This document shows, in pieces, positions 1 to 11,030 of a stretch of 51,870 nt of DNA. The notes under the pieces were generated by a model that saw only the letters and a list, made by a program, of their open reading frames with translations, was not told the DNA's origin and did not search any database. The DNA comes from an uncultured Lentisphaeraceae bacterium (GTDB lineage Bacteria > Verrucomicrobiota > Kiritimatiellia > RFP12 > UBA1067), in NCBI GenBank assembly GCA_964480555.1, contig CAYZQL010000001.1, positions 1 through 51,870 of the forward strand, given 5' to 3'. Position numbers and translations under genes: made by a program. Every line of letters begins with the position of its first letter. Position 1 is the first letter of the stretch.

Positions 1-320
1 CCTTCGGCACCGCCCGCGCCGTCCTGCGCCGCCACGGCGGCGCCTCCCTCCTGAAACACCTGCGCAAGCGCAACGGGGCCCTTCCGCCGGACCACCCCGC
101 CTGGGAGGAACTGGGCTACTTCGAAAAGCGCAAAGACAACATGCGCTACGGCGAATGCCGCAAACAGGGGCTCTTCATCGGCTCAGGCGTCGTCGAGGCC
201 GCCTGCAGAACTGACGTCGCCAGACGCTGCAAGCAGTCCGGCATGCACTGGCGCTTCCTCAACGCCGCCGCCATCTGCGCGCTCGCCGCGCGCTTCCGCT
301 CCCGCCTCCCTGCCGCTTAA
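1..320 (+). mobile_element. 3' end of an IS transposase gene (ISKra4-like family); the 5' part lies upstream of the window
   Basis: Frame +3 is open from the window edge to TAA 318..320. The translation ...GYFEKRKDNMRYGECRKQGLFIGSGVVEAACRTDVARRCKQSGMHWRFLNAAAICALAARFRS carries the C-terminal block (IGSG.VEA.C ... SGM.W) that I associate with ISKra4-type transposases. The IS terminus cannot be placed without the other end. Confidence 0.55.
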
Positions 321-433
321 CCATCAACTATCTTGAATCCCACCCACGGTTTTTTTCACGTTCGACAGGCTATCGACAATGAATTACTATTTTTGCACAT
401 TCGTGTTGAAATGACGGGCAGAGGAGGCGCTAC

Positions 434-964
434 ATGATGCGCGTAGTCCAAGGTGACATCACCAAGCTGAAGGTGGACGCGATTGTCAACGCGGCCAATA
501 CTACCCTTTTGGGCGGCGGCGGTGTGGACGGCGCGATCCACCGTGCGGCTGGGCCGGAGTTGATGTCCGAGTGCCGGGCCTTGGGCGGCTGTAAGACGGG
601 CGAGGCCAAGATCACGAAGGGGTATCGCTTGCCGGCGCGGTATGTGATCCATACGCCCGGGCCGGTGTGGTCGGGAGGCGCCCGTAACGAACCCGAACTG
701 CTTGCGGCCTGTTACCGCAACAGTCTCGCCTTGGCCGTCACGCACGGATGCCGGAGCGTTGCTTTCCCCTGTATCAGCACCGGCGTATACGGCTTCCCGA
801 AAGAAGCTGCCGCTGCGATTGCGATCACGGCTGTCCGCCAGTATGAAGAAAGCTCGGGAATCCCTGTTGAGGTCGTTTTTTGCTGCTTTTCCGTCAGGGA
901 TGCCAACTTCTATTGCACTTTGCTCAACACGCAGGTCCATGCGTGCGATTCACGTGACGCGTGA
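434..964 (+). CDS. ymdB: Macro-domain protein, O-acetyl-ADP-ribose deacetylase (YmdB-like)
   Basis: 176 aa. [40 protein letters not shown] ... [14 protein letters not shown] is near-collinear with E. coli YmdB as I recall it. A GGAGG RBS sits about 7 nt upstream. Confidence 0.85.
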   Translation: MMRVVQGDITKLKVDAIVNAANTTLLGGGGVDGAIHRAAGPELMSECRALGGCKTGEAKITKGYRLPARYVIHTPGPVWSGGARNEPELLAACYRNSLALAVTHGCRSVAFPCISTGVYGFPKEAAAAIAITAVRQYEESSGIPVEVVFCCFSVRDANFYCTLLNTQVHACDSRDA

Positions 965-1050
965 AAGAAGTTGTGCGCAGGCTTGTGAATCATGCCGGGG
1001 AACGATACACTCATGGCCAATTCATTTGATGTTCCACGAGGAGTTTTTCA

Positions 1051-2364
1051 ATGTCTGTGAGAGTCCGTTTTGCGCCCAGTCCAACCGGTAATGTCCATAT
1101 CGGAAATATCCGTGCCGCGATCTTCAATTGGCTTTTTGCACGGCATGCGGGAGGAAAGTTCCTTCTGCGTGTGGAGGACACCGACCGCGAACGTTCGACA
1201 CCCGAGGCGATCGAAACGCTCTTGGCGTGTATGGGGTGGCTTGGGCTGGACTACGATGAGCCCGCCGTGTACCAAAGCCGTCAGACCGAACGGCATCTGG
1301 CTGTGGCCGAAGAGCTGGTCCGGAAAGGTCTCGCCTACCGCGACGCCAAAGGCGGCGGCGGCGAGTGCGTGATTTTCCGCATGCCGAAAGAGGGCCGGCT
1401 TGAATACACGGACCTTGTCAAAGGGACGATTAGAAAGATGGCTGAAGACACTCAGGATTTTGTAATCGTGCGCTCTGACGGCACACCGGTCTTCCACCTC
1501 GCCAACGTCGTCGACGACGTCGATATGGCGATCACGCACGTGATCCGCGGCGACGACCATGTGGAGAACACCTTCAAGCACATCGAGCTGTTTAAGGCGA
1601 TCGGCGCAGCCGTGCCGCTGTACGCGCATTTGCCGATGATCGTGAACAATCAAGGCAAGCCCTACTCCAAGCGCGATGGCGCGGCCTTCGTGGGTGAGTT
1701 CAAGGAGCAAGGGTATTTGCCCGAGGCGCTTTTCAATTTCCTGCTGTTGCTCGGCTGGGCTCCCGGCGACGACCGCGAAGTGCTGACGCGCGATGAGATG
1801 ATTGCCCTGTTCTCGCTCGACCGCTGCAAGTCCAGCGCGGCGCGCTTCGATGTCAAGAAACTGGTTTGGATGAACGGCGAATACATCCGTCGTCAGCCGC
1901 GTGAGGTGTTCGCTTCGGAGTTCCTGTCGCGTGTTCAGGCCGCAGGACTCTCGGCAGAGGGGGTTGATCTCGCAGGCATTATGGAACAAATGCAGATCCG
2001 TACCCGGTTTTATTCAGAAATTCCGGCATCCTGCGCCTACTTTTTCACGGATGATTACGCGTTCGACCAAAAAGGTGTCGAGAAACGACTGAAGGCCCAA
2101 GGCGTGCCGGAGCTTCTCGAGGAAGTGGCGGAGAGGTATGAGGCGCTTCCCGCCTTTGATTTGCAGAGTGCGCACGATGTTTTGGCGTCGATGGGCGAGG
2201 CGCGTGCCACGGGGTTGGGACCGATGGTTCATCCGGTGCGCGTGGCGGTCTCGGGGCTGACCGAAGGCCCGGGCCTTTTCGAGATGCTTGTTTTGTTGGG
2301 ACGCGACCGTGTTTGCGAGCGTCTGCGCACAGTCGCACAAAAGTTGCGCGAAGGGCGTTTGTAG
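1051..2364 (+). CDS. gltX: Glutamyl-tRNA synthetase
   Basis: 437 aa. HIGH-type motif in RFAPSPTGNVHIGNIR, then LLRVEDTDRERS, and a KMSKS-like PYSKRDG. A GAGGAG RBS lies upstream. Confidence 0.9.
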   Translation: MSVRVRFAPSPTGNVHIGNIRAAIFNWLFARHAGGKFLLRVEDTDRERSTPEAIETLLACMGWLGLDYDEPAVYQSRQTERHLAVAEELVRKGLAYRDAKGGGGECVIFRMPKEGRLEYTDLVKGTIRKMAEDTQDFVIVRSDGTPVFHLANVVDDVDMAITHVIRGDDHVENTFKHIELFKAIGAAVPLYAHLPMIVNNQGKPYSKRDGAAFVGEFKEQGYLPEALFNFLLLLGWAPGDDREVLTRDEMIALFSLDRCKSSAARFDVKKLVWMNGEYIRRQPREVFASEFLSRVQAAGLSAEGVDLAGIMEQMQIRTRFYSEIPASCAYFFTDDYAFDQKGVEKRLKAQGVPELLEEVAERYEALPAFDLQSAHDVLASMGEARATGLGPMVHPVRVAVSGLTEGPGLFEMLVLLGRDRVCERLRTVAQKLREGRL

Positions 2365-2427
2365 CTTTTTTAATCAATTGTGGACGAGAGCGAAGGTGCC
2401 AGAATACTCGGTTAGGAGATCATTAGC

Positions 2428-3456
2428 ATGGACAAGTCAGCATCATTTTTTTTGGCGGGCGTAACGACAGGGGTCTTGTTTGCCTGTGTTTTGGGCGCGT
2501 TTGTGATCCGCCCGAAAGCGGCCGGAGAGGCTTCGGCCGGCACTGGTGACCGCGCGATTGTGCTAAAACTGGCGCACGGCCTCGACGAGTCGCACCCCGT
2601 GCACAAAGGCATGGAGTTCATGAAAAAGCGTCTCGAGGAGTTGGCGGGGGGCAAAGCAACGCTCGACATCTATTCCGGCGGCGTTTTGGGTAGCGAGGTC
2701 GACTGCCTCGAACAGGTTCAGAAAGGCGAACTGGCGATGACTAAAGTGTCGACGGCAGCGCTCGAGGCATTTCTTCCCGAGATGAAGGTGTTCAGCGTGC
2801 CATTTGCCTTCCGCGATGCGGACCATTTCTGGAACACCTTGCACAGCCCGATCGGCAAGCGCATGCTGGGGCTGGGCGTCGAGCGCCAGTTCCGCGGCCT
2901 TTGCTACTACGATTCGGGCGACCGTAACTTTTACACGACAAAGAAACCCGTCCGTTCGGTTGCCGACGTCAATGGCATGAAGGTGCGCGTGATGAATAGC
3001 CGTACGGCCATGGACATGGTCAAGGCGATGGGGGGCAGCCCTTGCCCAATCAGTTGGGGCGAACTTTATACCGCCCTGGCGCAGGGTACGGTGGACGCGG
3101 CCGAAAACAACCCGCCGTCTTTTATCACCAGCCGTCACTACGAGGTCTGCAAGTACTTTATCCTCTCCGGACACCAGCGTATTCCCGACATGCTGATCAT
3201 CAGCACCAAGGTGTGGGACAAACTGCCCTTAGACGTCCGGAAGGCGCTTCAGCAGGCGGCAGACGAGTCAGAAGCCTTCCAACGCAAACTCTGGAAAGAG
3301 ACAACGGACGCCTGCCTCGTCACGGCGAAAGAGAAGGGGGTCGAGATCATCACGCCGGATCTGGATAGTTTCCGCAAGGCCTGTGCGCCGATCACCGAAG
3401 ACAAAGAGTATCTCGTGGTTAAAAAGGTGCTCTCCGAAATCCGGGAGGTGAAGTGA
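2428..3456 (+). CDS. dctP: TRAP transporter substrate-binding subunit (DctP family)
   Basis: 342 aa with an N-terminal hydrophobic anchor. DctP-like pattern (LKLAHGLDESHPVHKG, GMKVRVMNSR, NNPPSF). Followed by Q and M subunits, with a 4-nt overlap to the next gene. Confidence 0.85.
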   Translation: MDKSASFFLAGVTTGVLFACVLGAFVIRPKAAGEASAGTGDRAIVLKLAHGLDESHPVHKGMEFMKKRLEELAGGKATLDIYSGGVLGSEVDCLEQVQKGELAMTKVSTAALEAFLPEMKVFSVPFAFRDADHFWNTLHSPIGKRMLGLGVERQFRGLCYYDSGDRNFYTTKKPVRSVADVNGMKVRVMNSRTAMDMVKAMGGSPCPISWGELYTALAQGTVDAAENNPPSFITSRHYEVCKYFILSGHQRIPDMLIISTKVWDKLPLDVRKALQQAADESEAFQRKLWKETTDACLVTAKEKGVEIITPDLDSFRKACAPITEDKEYLVVKKVLSEIREVK

Positions 3457-3968
3457 TGGACGCATGGCAGACTGTCAGGAAAGGCTTCATCAAGTCGCTG
3501 GAAGTCCTGCTCATGGCAATGGTTGCGGTTTTGACACTGACCGTTCTGTGGGGGGTCTTCACGCGCTTCTGCCTGGGAAAACAGGCCGAATACACCGATG
3601 AACTCGCGCGCGTATTGCTCGTATGGGTTTCCATGGTCGGTGCCGCTCTGGCCTTCGGGGAGAAGGCTCATCTGGGGGTCGATTTTTTTGTGAACAAACT
3701 GCACCCTGGCGCACGCAAAGCGCTCAGCATGATCGTGCAGATTGTGACCATGTTGTTGGCCGTTGTCGTTTTTGTGTCCGGAGGCTGGGGGTTGGCAATG
3801 GGACAGATGGGGCAACAGTTGCCGACGCTGCCGATATCGCGCGGCATGGTCTACATGGCCGTACCCCTCGGCGGCGTGTTCATGATCCTTTTCGCGCTCG
3901 AGAATCTGGTGTCGATCATCAAGACGCCCGCCGATCAGCTCGGCGCACAAACCAAGTCGGAAGGGTAA
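3453..3968 (+). CDS. dctQ: TRAP transporter small permease (DctQ family)
   Basis: 171 aa with four hydrophobic helices. It sits between the DctP and DctM genes, and its ATGA start overlaps the dctP stop. Confidence 0.8.
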   Translation: MMDAWQTVRKGFIKSLEVLLMAMVAVLTLTVLWGVFTRFCLGKQAEYTDELARVLLVWVSMVGAALAFGEKAHLGVDFFVNKLHPGARKALSMIVQIVTMLLAVVVFVSGGWGLAMGQMGQQLPTLPISRGMVYMAVPLGGVFMILFALENLVSIIKTPADQLGAQTKSEG

Positions 3969-3972
3969 GGTC

Positions 3973-5277
3973 ATGGTCGGCATTATTTTGGTGCTTGTTA
4001 TAACTTTCTTTGTGCTGCTGTTGATGAACGCGCCGGTCGCGGTCGCGATTGCGGTATCCTCGCTGCTGGCGATTCTGGCGAACGGCGGCGATCCGGGTTA
4101 CACTGTTGCACAGCGCATGGCGAACGGCGTCGACAGCTTTCCACTTCTGGCCATCCCTTTCTTTGTGTTTTCCGGTTACCTCATGGGGCGTGGCGGCTTG
4201 GCGCGGCGGCTCATCGATTTCGCGGCGCTGTTTGTGGGGAGGTTCCCAGGCGGTCTCGGTTACGTCAACACGCTGACCTGTATGTTATTCGGCTCGATAT
4301 CCGGCTCGGCGGCTGCCGCGGTATCGTCGATCGGCGGGTTCATGATCCCGGAAATGAACCGCAAAGGATATGACCGCGACTTCAACGTGGCGGTGACCGC
4401 GACAGCGGCGACAACCGGGCTGCTGATTCCGCCCTCCAACGCCATGATCGTCTATTCGGTGGCGGCCGGATCGGTGTCAATCGCAGCGATGTTCATGGCG
4501 GGTATTCTGCCTGGCATGCTTGTCGGGCTCTGCATCATGATCACGTCGGGGGTCTTATCGATCCGCCACGGTTACGGCAAGGTGGACCGTTCGGTTGCGG
4601 TCGAGCGTGTTAACCCGCTGCTCGTCTGTTGGCGGGCGGTGCCGAGCCTGTTGCTGGTGATCCTCATCATCGGCGGCATTCTCAAAGGCGTCTTCACCGC
4701 AACGGAGGCAGCCGCAATTTCGGTGGCCTACTCGTTCCTGTTGTCGGTTGTGTTCTACCGTGAAATCCCGTGGAAAGATTTGCCGGGCATCTGTCTGCAA
4801 ACCGGTTTGACGACGGCTGTGGTGATGCTGCTGATCGGTGCCTCGAGTTCCATGTCGTGGATCATGACCATGGCCAACATTCCGCAGACCGTGTCGAAAG
4901 CGCTGATGGGACTTTCGGAGAACCGTTATGTCATCCTGCTGACGATCAACGCGATGCTGCTCGTGGTCGGCATGTTCATGGACATGACGCCCGCGCTGCT
5001 GATCTTCACGCCGATCCTGCTGCCGGTTGTGAGGCTGCTGGGACTGTCAGACATTCACTTCGGCATCATCATCATCGCCAACCTCTGCATCGGGCTCTGT
5101 ACGCCGCCGGTCGGAACCTGTCTTTTCATCGGATGCGGAGTGGGCAAGACGACCATCGCCAATGTGACGCGAAAGGCGCTGCCGTTCTTTCTTGCCATGA
5201 TCGTTGCTTTGATGCTGATCACGTATGTGCCTTGGTTCTCATTGGCGATTCCCAAGCTTTGCGGCCTCCTGAAATAG
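3973..5277 (+). CDS. dctM: TRAP transporter large permease (DctM family)
   Basis: 434 aa, polytopic. DctM-like motifs (FPLLAIPFFVFSGYLM, GSISGSAAAAVSSIG). Confidence 0.85.
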   Translation: MVGIILVLVITFFVLLLMNAPVAVAIAVSSLLAILANGGDPGYTVAQRMANGVDSFPLLAIPFFVFSGYLMGRGGLARRLIDFAALFVGRFPGGLGYVNTLTCMLFGSISGSAAAAVSSIGGFMIPEMNRKGYDRDFNVAVTATAATTGLLIPPSNAMIVYSVAAGSVSIAAMFMAGILPGMLVGLCIMITSGVLSIRHGYGKVDRSVAVERVNPLLVCWRAVPSLLLVILIIGGILKGVFTATEAAAISVAYSFLLSVVFYREIPWKDLPGICLQTGLTTAVVMLLIGASSSMSWIMTMANIPQTVSKALMGLSENRYVILLTINAMLLVVGMFMDMTPALLIFTPILLPVVRLLGLSDIHFGIIIIANLCIGLCTPPVGTCLFIGCGVGKTTIANVTRKALPFFLAMIVALMLITYVPWFSLAIPKLCGLLK

Positions 5278-5307
5278 CGACCTAAATAGAGAAACGGAGG
5301 GCAAGCC

Positions 5308-7722
5308 ATGCGTCGAGTCGCGACCGGAATCCTTACTGCTCTGACTGCGCGTCTCGTTCTGGCCTCGGTGGACGGAACGGTGGTGAAAAAGGCAACTTCG
5401 ACAGAACGTGTGCCGGCGCTTGCTCTTCTGGCACCCGAAGCAGCCAGGCCGTACAGCGCAGGTTTTGTGCGTGACGGCGACGCCTTTGTTTGTGACAACC
5501 TTACAAATGCCTCGTCGCAGCGTGGCGTGTCATGGTCGATTGAGCTGAACCAGAAAGAGCCTTCTCCTGTGATGGCCTCGGCGTGGGGCAAGGCAGAGGG
5601 CCAGGAAGGAACGCCGGGCAACGATTTCTCGCTTTACCTCGACTTGCAATACATGGACGGAACGCCGTTGTGGGGACAGGTCAGTCCATTCGAGACGGAC
5701 GCCGGCATAGGCTGGCACCGGCGTGAAGTGATCGTTGCGCCTGACAGGCCGATCCGCCGCGTCAGCTACTACCTCCTTTTCCGTAACCGTGCGGGACGGG
5801 CGCTGTTCAGGGAACCACGTTTCGGCATGCTGCACGCCGATGGTTTGATGCGGTTCGACGGCGTCATGGCCGAACAGGTCAGACCACCTGTAGCGGGTTT
5901 TCTGCTTCGTGATGTGGCGCAGAATTCAAGTTTCATCGCTATCGTAAGCGAGGCCTTGGGGGTGAAGCTGACAACGCAAGCGAGGCGTGGACCCGGTGCG
6001 ACCTTCTTTGATGTGACGCTCGAGGACCGGACAGGCAACGACCGTGCACTGACGTTGGTCTATACAGTGCCGATGGAAAAGCAAGACCTCACATGGTTGC
6101 ACCATCCGCGCCGGTCGATTCAGTTGGCTGACACCAAAAGTGAAGTGATGAACACAACGCGTCATGCGGTTGGAGCCAACGGGATGGTGTCGCGGTACCC
6201 GTTCGGCGCTGTCACTGCAGCGGGCCACGGACGCGCACTCGGCATCGATCCTGCGACGCCCCTCCTTTATCGTGTGGGATGCCAGCCGCTGACGCGTGAA
6301 CTGTTCCTTGCGTTCGATATCGGCCTCGCGACCGAGAAACCGACTGCGTCATTCCGCTTCTGCGTGTTCGACTTCGCCGCTGCCGCAGGATTCCGAGGTG
6401 CGCTGTCGCGCTATTATGAGCTCTACCCCGAAGCTTTTGCCTGTCGCATAAAAAACCAGGGAGTCTGGATGCCTTTCGCCGCGATCAGCAAGGTGGAACG
6501 CTGGGAAGATTTCGGATTCCGTTTCAAAGAAGGCGACAGCGAGACCGCATGGGATGACGCACATGGCATCCTGACCTTCCGATATACAGAGCCGATGACG
6601 TGGTGGATGCCTCTCAAAGGTGGCGCGCCACGCACACTGGCCCTCGGCATGGACGAAGCGAAACGTCTTGCAGCAGCGGGCAACAGACCAGCACAAGCGT
6701 GGGTCAGCAGCGCCTTCGAGGATGAGAAGGGGCGGGTACCGGGGCGCGTATTGGACACGCCATGGTGCAACGGCGTTGTCTGGAGCATGAACTGCGCGCC
6801 AGGTGTTGCAGGTGAAATAACAGACTTCAAGCTTAAGTGGAATGCAGAGTACCTTGAAAAACAGTATGGGGCTGCACGCAAAGCAACCTGTGACGGTGAG
6901 TACATTGATTCTGCCGAAGCGTATGTGACCGATGAACTTGACTTCCGCCGTGAGCACTTTAAAGGGGCGGCGCGCCCTCTCTGTTACGCGTTGGGGTCGC
7001 GCAAGGTGGGACTCTATAAAGGGATGATCGGGTTCGAGTACGTCCGGGCGCTTGAGCGGGAGATGCATGGACGAGGAAGGTACATGATGGCCAACAGCAC
7101 GCCCATCAGTTGGTGCTGGCTGGCGCCTCTGCTGGATGTGATGGGGACAGAGACCGACTGGAACCCTGGCGGCACGTGGCATCCCATGTCCGATGAAGAA
7201 TTGCTTTACCGGCGCGCCTTGTGCAAAGGCAAACCGTATTGTTTCTTGATGAACACCGACTTCGCGAAGTTCCCTTACGACGCATCAGAAAAGTTTATGA
7301 AACGCGCGTTGGCTTACGGCATGTTTCCTGGCTATTTCAGCGCGGACGCATCAACGGGGCACTATTTCAACAGACCGGAACTGTATAACCGTGACCGGCC
7401 ACTCTTCAAAAAGTACATCCCCTTGTGCAAGAAGGTGGCCGAAGCGGGGTGGGAACCTTTGACCGGTGTGGCCTCGGATAACGTTCAGGTGATCGTAGAA
7501 AGATTTGGAACGTTACCGGGGCCCTGTTACTTGACGGTTTACAATCTTGCGGACACGCGGCAGAGCGTTTGCTTGTCACTGACGGCGCTTACGCCGGGGA
7601 GTGCTTGCCGCGAATGGGTGAAGGGATGTGAAATGCTTTGGAAAGATAAACGTGTGGCGCTCGAACTTGACGGCGCTGACGTGCGTGTGATCGAACTGCT
7701 GGAGGAAAGAGACCGTAAATGA
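5308..7722 (+). CDS. Secreted protein of unknown function, 804 aa
   Basis: Long ORF in the same direction as the TRAP genes, 30 nt downstream of dctM. N-terminal signal-like segment [22 protein letters not shown] recognise no family. Its stop overlaps the asnS start (ATGA at 7719..7722). Confidence 0.7.
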   Translation: MRRVATGILTALTARLVLASVDGTVVKKATSTERVPALALLAPEAARPYSAGFVRDGDAFVCDNLTNASSQRGVSWSIELNQKEPSPVMASAWGKAEGQEGTPGNDFSLYLDLQYMDGTPLWGQVSPFETDAGIGWHRREVIVAPDRPIRRVSYYLLFRNRAGRALFREPRFGMLHADGLMRFDGVMAEQVRPPVAGFLLRDVAQNSSFIAIVSEALGVKLTTQARRGPGATFFDVTLEDRTGNDRALTLVYTVPMEKQDLTWLHHPRRSIQLADTKSEVMNTTRHAVGANGMVSRYPFGAVTAAGHGRALGIDPATPLLYRVGCQPLTRELFLAFDIGLATEKPTASFRFCVFDFAAAAGFRGALSRYYELYPEAFACRIKNQGVWMPFAAISKVERWEDFGFRFKEGDSETAWDDAHGILTFRYTEPMTWWMPLKGGAPRTLALGMDEAKRLAAAGNRPAQAWVSSAFEDEKGRVPGRVLDTPWCNGVVWSMNCAPGVAGEITDFKLKWNAEYLEKQYGAARKATCDGEYIDSAEAYVTDELDFRREHFKGAARPLCYALGSRKVGLYKGMIGFEYVRALEREMHGRGRYMMANSTPISWCWLAPLLDVMGTETDWNPGGTWHPMSDEELLYRRALCKGKPYCFLMNTDFAKFPYDASEKFMKRALAYGMFPGYFSADASTGHYFNRPELYNRDRPLFKKYIPLCKKVAEAGWEPLTGVASDNVQVIVERFGTLPGPCYLTVYNLADTRQSVCLSLTALTPGSACREWVKGCEMLWKDKRVALELDGADVRVIELLEERDRK

Positions 7723-9107
7723 AGCGCATGCGGATCGGGAAGGTGTTGGCCACCCTTCAGCGGGGCATTCAGGTTACCGTGGCGGGATGGGTGAGAACCC
7801 GTCGCGATTCTAAAGGCGGTTTTTCTTTTATAGAAATCAATGACGGTTCGTGCCTAGCAAATCTCCAGGTGATTGCACCTGCGGCCTTGAAGAACTATGA
7901 AGACGAGATTCTGAAGTTGCACCCCGGTGCCTCCGTGGTCGTCGACGGTCTGTTGGAGACCTCCGAAGGGGGCGAGCAGGCCGTCGAAGTGAAGGCCGAA
8001 ACGATCCGTGTATTGGGTTTCTCACCGCCTGTAGAATATCCTTTGGGCAAACAAAAAATTAACTTTGACCGTTTGCGCGAATTGCCGCATTTACGGGCAC
8101 GGACCAACAGTTTTGGCGCGGTGGCACGTGTGCGGCATACGCTCGCTCACGAAACGCACCGTTTTTTTCACGATCTCGGGTTTCTCTATGTGCATACGCC
8201 TATCATCACGGCAAGCGACTGTGAGGGCGCGGGAGCCATGTTCCAAGTGACGACGCTTGACCCTCATGCGCCACCACGAAAACCGGACGGCAGCGTGGAT
8301 TTTGATAAGGACTTCTTCGGGCGTAAGACGGCGCTGACGGTGAGTGGACAACTCGAAGGCGAGACCTACGCGTGTGCAATGGGCGACATCTACACTTTCG
8401 GCCCGACCTTTCGCGCCGAGAACTCCAACACGCGGCGACACCTCTCCGAGTTTTGGATGATCGAGCCTGAGATGGCCTTCGCGGACCTCAGCGATGATGC
8501 GGAACTGGCCGAGGCGTTCCTGCGGCACCTTTTTCAGGCGGTGCTGAAACACTGCGGCTCCGATCTGCGCTTCTTTGACCAACGGGTTCTCCCTGGCGTG
8601 CTTTCTCGGTTGGAACGCCTGGCAGAGGCACCGTTCGGTCGTGTGACGTATACGGAAGCGATCCGTTTACTCGAAAGTTCGGGTCGAGCGTTTGAGTTCG
8701 CTCCGTACTGGGGCATCGACATGCAGTCCGAGCACGAACGGTATCTCGCGGAGGAGGTATTCAAGGGACCAGTCGTGGTCACGGATTACCCCGAAGCGAT
8801 CAAGGCCTTCTACATGCGTCGTAACGACGACGGGAAAACGGTGGCCGCAATGGATGTGCTCTTGCCGGAGGTCGGGGAGATCATCGGTGGCAGCCAGCGC
8901 GAAGAACGGTTAGATGTGTTATCCGCAGCCATGCGCAAGAGCGGGTTGAATCCAGAAGATTACACGGCCTACTTGGACCTGAGGCGCTACGGCAGCGTGC
9001 CTCATGCCGGCTTTGGCCTCGGCTTCGAACGCCTGGTGCAGTTCTGCACCGGCATGCACAACATCCGTGACGTAATCCCTTATCCTCGTGCGCCACGGCT
9101 TTGTTAG
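7719..9107 (+). CDS. asnS: Asparaginyl-tRNA synthetase
   Basis: 462 aa. N-terminal OB-fold ([26 protein letters not shown]) and a class IIb core ([34 protein letters not shown]). Confidence 0.9.
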   Translation: MKRMRIGKVLATLQRGIQVTVAGWVRTRRDSKGGFSFIEINDGSCLANLQVIAPAALKNYEDEILKLHPGASVVVDGLLETSEGGEQAVEVKAETIRVLGFSPPVEYPLGKQKINFDRLRELPHLRARTNSFGAVARVRHTLAHETHRFFHDLGFLYVHTPIITASDCEGAGAMFQVTTLDPHAPPRKPDGSVDFDKDFFGRKTALTVSGQLEGETYACAMGDIYTFGPTFRAENSNTRRHLSEFWMIEPEMAFADLSDDAELAEAFLRHLFQAVLKHCGSDLRFFDQRVLPGVLSRLERLAEAPFGRVTYTEAIRLLESSGRAFEFAPYWGIDMQSEHERYLAEEVFKGPVVVTDYPEAIKAFYMRRNDDGKTVAAMDVLLPEVGEIIGGSQREERLDVLSAAMRKSGLNPEDYTAYLDLRRYGSVPHAGFGLGFERLVQFCTGMHNIRDVIPYPRAPRLC

Positions 9108-9141
9108 GCAGCCGAACAAACCACGTTCGCGTCCACTCGTT

Positions 9142-11019
9142 TCAGCGCGCCACGCTGCCGGGAGTGAAAAGGACGGAGAGAGTCATTTCGCCGGAAGCGG
9201 GCGCGACCGCCTCAAAGCCGACCAGCACCATTCCCTTGTTTGGCGAGTCCCATTCGTTCTGCGGTTTTGCGGCCTCGTAAGTCTGCCAGACAGTAGCAGG
9301 CTCGTGTAGCGAGGCGAGCTGAAGCTGCTTGCCTGCCTCGCGGAGAACGAGCTTGCCGACGCGCTGGTCGTCGGGAGTCGCCTTGGTCACCATCGCCCAA
9401 CGAACACGCGTTCCGGGGTTCAGCCCCTTGATCGTGTCGGTCATCCGATACTCGCCGGAAGACAGCAGTTTTCCGGATCGGATCACTTGCGAGGCGTTGG
9501 TATAGACAGCGGAAAGATCGAGCACCGACTCGGACTCCGGCCCTTCGAGGAAAGAGACCACGCAAGCCTTGCCTGCGACACGCTGAAGTTGTCCGCCGAT
9601 CGTCAACGTGTTATGACTGAGGCTGCTTAGGCGGAATATCTTCCACCGGTCAGAACCTTGGCTCGCGTTCCATAAATTCATTTTACGCGACTCGATGCGA
9701 TTGTATTTTTCAGCTCCGATATCATAAGCCCAGCGAATGCCATCCGCATCCAGCACAAATGAGCCCGCATCCATGTGCCCGTGCGGTGCCGAAGGAGAGC
9801 CCGCCTTGAGTCCCACGAAAAGGGCTCTGTCATTGTCCCACGAGGTGCGCTGGACCGTGACTGGAACCTCACCGCCAGACGACCAGTTGAGTGGCGCTTT
9901 GGGGGCAAGTCCATCGGCCACGGGTTGGAGCCAGAAGAGGGTGAAGACGAAAAGCCGGTTCGCGCCGTTTGTCGGCTTCACAGGCGTGCGGTCTGCGCAA
10001 TGTTTAATGAACGCTTGTTTTTCGAAATATGCGAGAAGATCAGGCCGGTTGAACCGTTTGGCAAACCACCAGGTGGCGCAGTCGGTATCGCGGCTCATGC
10101 CCCCGTCGGCATAGTTGAACGTCATACCGGATGGGCCTGTAACGAGGTCCAGATACTCTGACGTTTCCTTGAAACCCGGCATCACCGTTAGCCCGAAGTC
10201 TGACTTGAATAGGCTTTCGAATAAACTGATCGCCAGCACATTGAAGTCCGTGCCATACGACCAGTAACCGGGTCCTTCGGGGTATGAGCCTTTTGGCGCG
10301 AAGGCCTTCATTGAGCGAGGCAGGTGGATGATCGCGCGATAGGCGATCTCGCTCGCGAGAGCCTCGTGCCGATCCATCAGTGCGAGCGCACCCGCAAGCA
10401 TACCCGCATGGCAGACCTGACCCCAGTTGTTGCTGGCTTTGACCCAGCCTGTGTGCTTCAGCGATGTTCGAAGGCCTTTGTCAAGAATGGCATCGGCGAC
10501 TGTTTTGCGTGTGGCCTCGTCGAGATCGTTGTAAAGCCAATCGTAGCCGACCGCAAGCGCAAGGGTCATCTCGGCCACATCGAGAAAGTGCGATGGGTTC
10601 CAATCGGTGAAGTTCGCCGCAGCGCGCATTTCTGTGGCGCACCGCTCAAGATAGCTGGGGGTACCGGTAAGCCTATAGGCCATCGCGAGGACGGAGACTC
10701 GGTGCAGTGTGCGCCGCGAAACAGCCAGTAGGCGGCGGCCTTCCATTTCACGGGTTCCAGGCGCGAAAGCGAGCATCTGATCAGCCTCAAAGAGAATCCG
10801 GCCACACGCATTACGGGCGAGTTCATTCGTGACGGTCTGACGACGGATTTCAGCGAAGGCGGGATTGTCAGCAAAAAGAAAGGGATGCTTCTTATCAGCC
10901 TGACGGATCGCCGCGGCAACGGTCTCGAGGGTGAGGGGGGATTGGGCAACTGCAAACCGCACGGTGAGCGGCGAGAAAAAGGCGATGAGGCCTGCTAAAA
11001 CAGTAATTTTCGTATGCAT
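9142..11019 (-). CDS. Heparinase II/III-like polysaccharide lyase (secreted)
   Basis: 625 aa with signal peptide MHTKITVLAGLIAFFSPLTVRFAVAQ. Motifs NWGQVCHAGMLAGALAL and HGHMDAGSFVLDADGIRWAYDIG are typical of the heparinase II/III N and C domains. Confidence 0.8.
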   Translation of the reverse strand: MHTKITVLAGLIAFFSPLTVRFAVAQSPLTLETVAAAIRQADKKHPFLFADNPAFAEIRRQTVTNELARNACGRILFEADQMLAFAPGTREMEGRRLLAVSRRTLHRVSVLAMAYRLTGTPSYLERCATEMRAAANFTDWNPSHFLDVAEMTLALAVGYDWLYNDLDEATRKTVADAILDKGLRTSLKHTGWVKASNNWGQVCHAGMLAGALALMDRHEALASEIAYRAIIHLPRSMKAFAPKGSYPEGPGYWSYGTDFNVLAISLFESLFKSDFGLTVMPGFKETSEYLDLVTGPSGMTFNYADGGMSRDTDCATWWFAKRFNRPDLLAYFEKQAFIKHCADRTPVKPTNGANRLFVFTLFWLQPVADGLAPKAPLNWSSGGEVPVTVQRTSWDNDRALFVGLKAGSPSAPHGHMDAGSFVLDADGIRWAYDIGAEKYNRIESRKMNLWNASQGSDRWKIFRLSSLSHNTLTIGGQLQRVAGKACVVSFLEGPESESVLDLSAVYTNASQVIRSGKLLSSGEYRMTDTIKGLNPGTRVRWAMVTKATPDDQRVGKLVLREAGKQLQLASLHEPATVWQTYEAAKPQNEWDSPNKGMVLVGFEAVAPASGEMTLSVLFTPGSVAR

Positions 11020-11030
11020 GGGTGAACGAA

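Noticed and set aside
434-964. The macro-domain gene as a DarG-like antitoxin or anti-defence factor next to an IS.
   Set aside because: The protein is only 176 aa and collinear with YmdB. It has no DarT-like partner and no C-terminal antitoxin domain.
949-965. parS-like inverted repeat TTCACG-tgacg-CGTGAA at the ymdB stop.
   Set aside because: It shares only the CACGTG-type core with the parS consensus TGTTNCACGTGAAACA. The flanks do not match and it is 26 kb from parB. It is more likely a chance repeat or a weak stem at the gene end.
1048-1989. 313-aa ORF antisense to gltX. Similar long antisense ORFs occur at 356..940, 6349..7182, 16355..17044 and 20140..20763.
   Set aside because: Each lies fully inside and opposite a gene with clear family motifs. 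Their translations are Arg/Ala/Pro-rich and low in complexity, as expected for shadow ORFs in GC-rich DNA. None has a recognisable motif.
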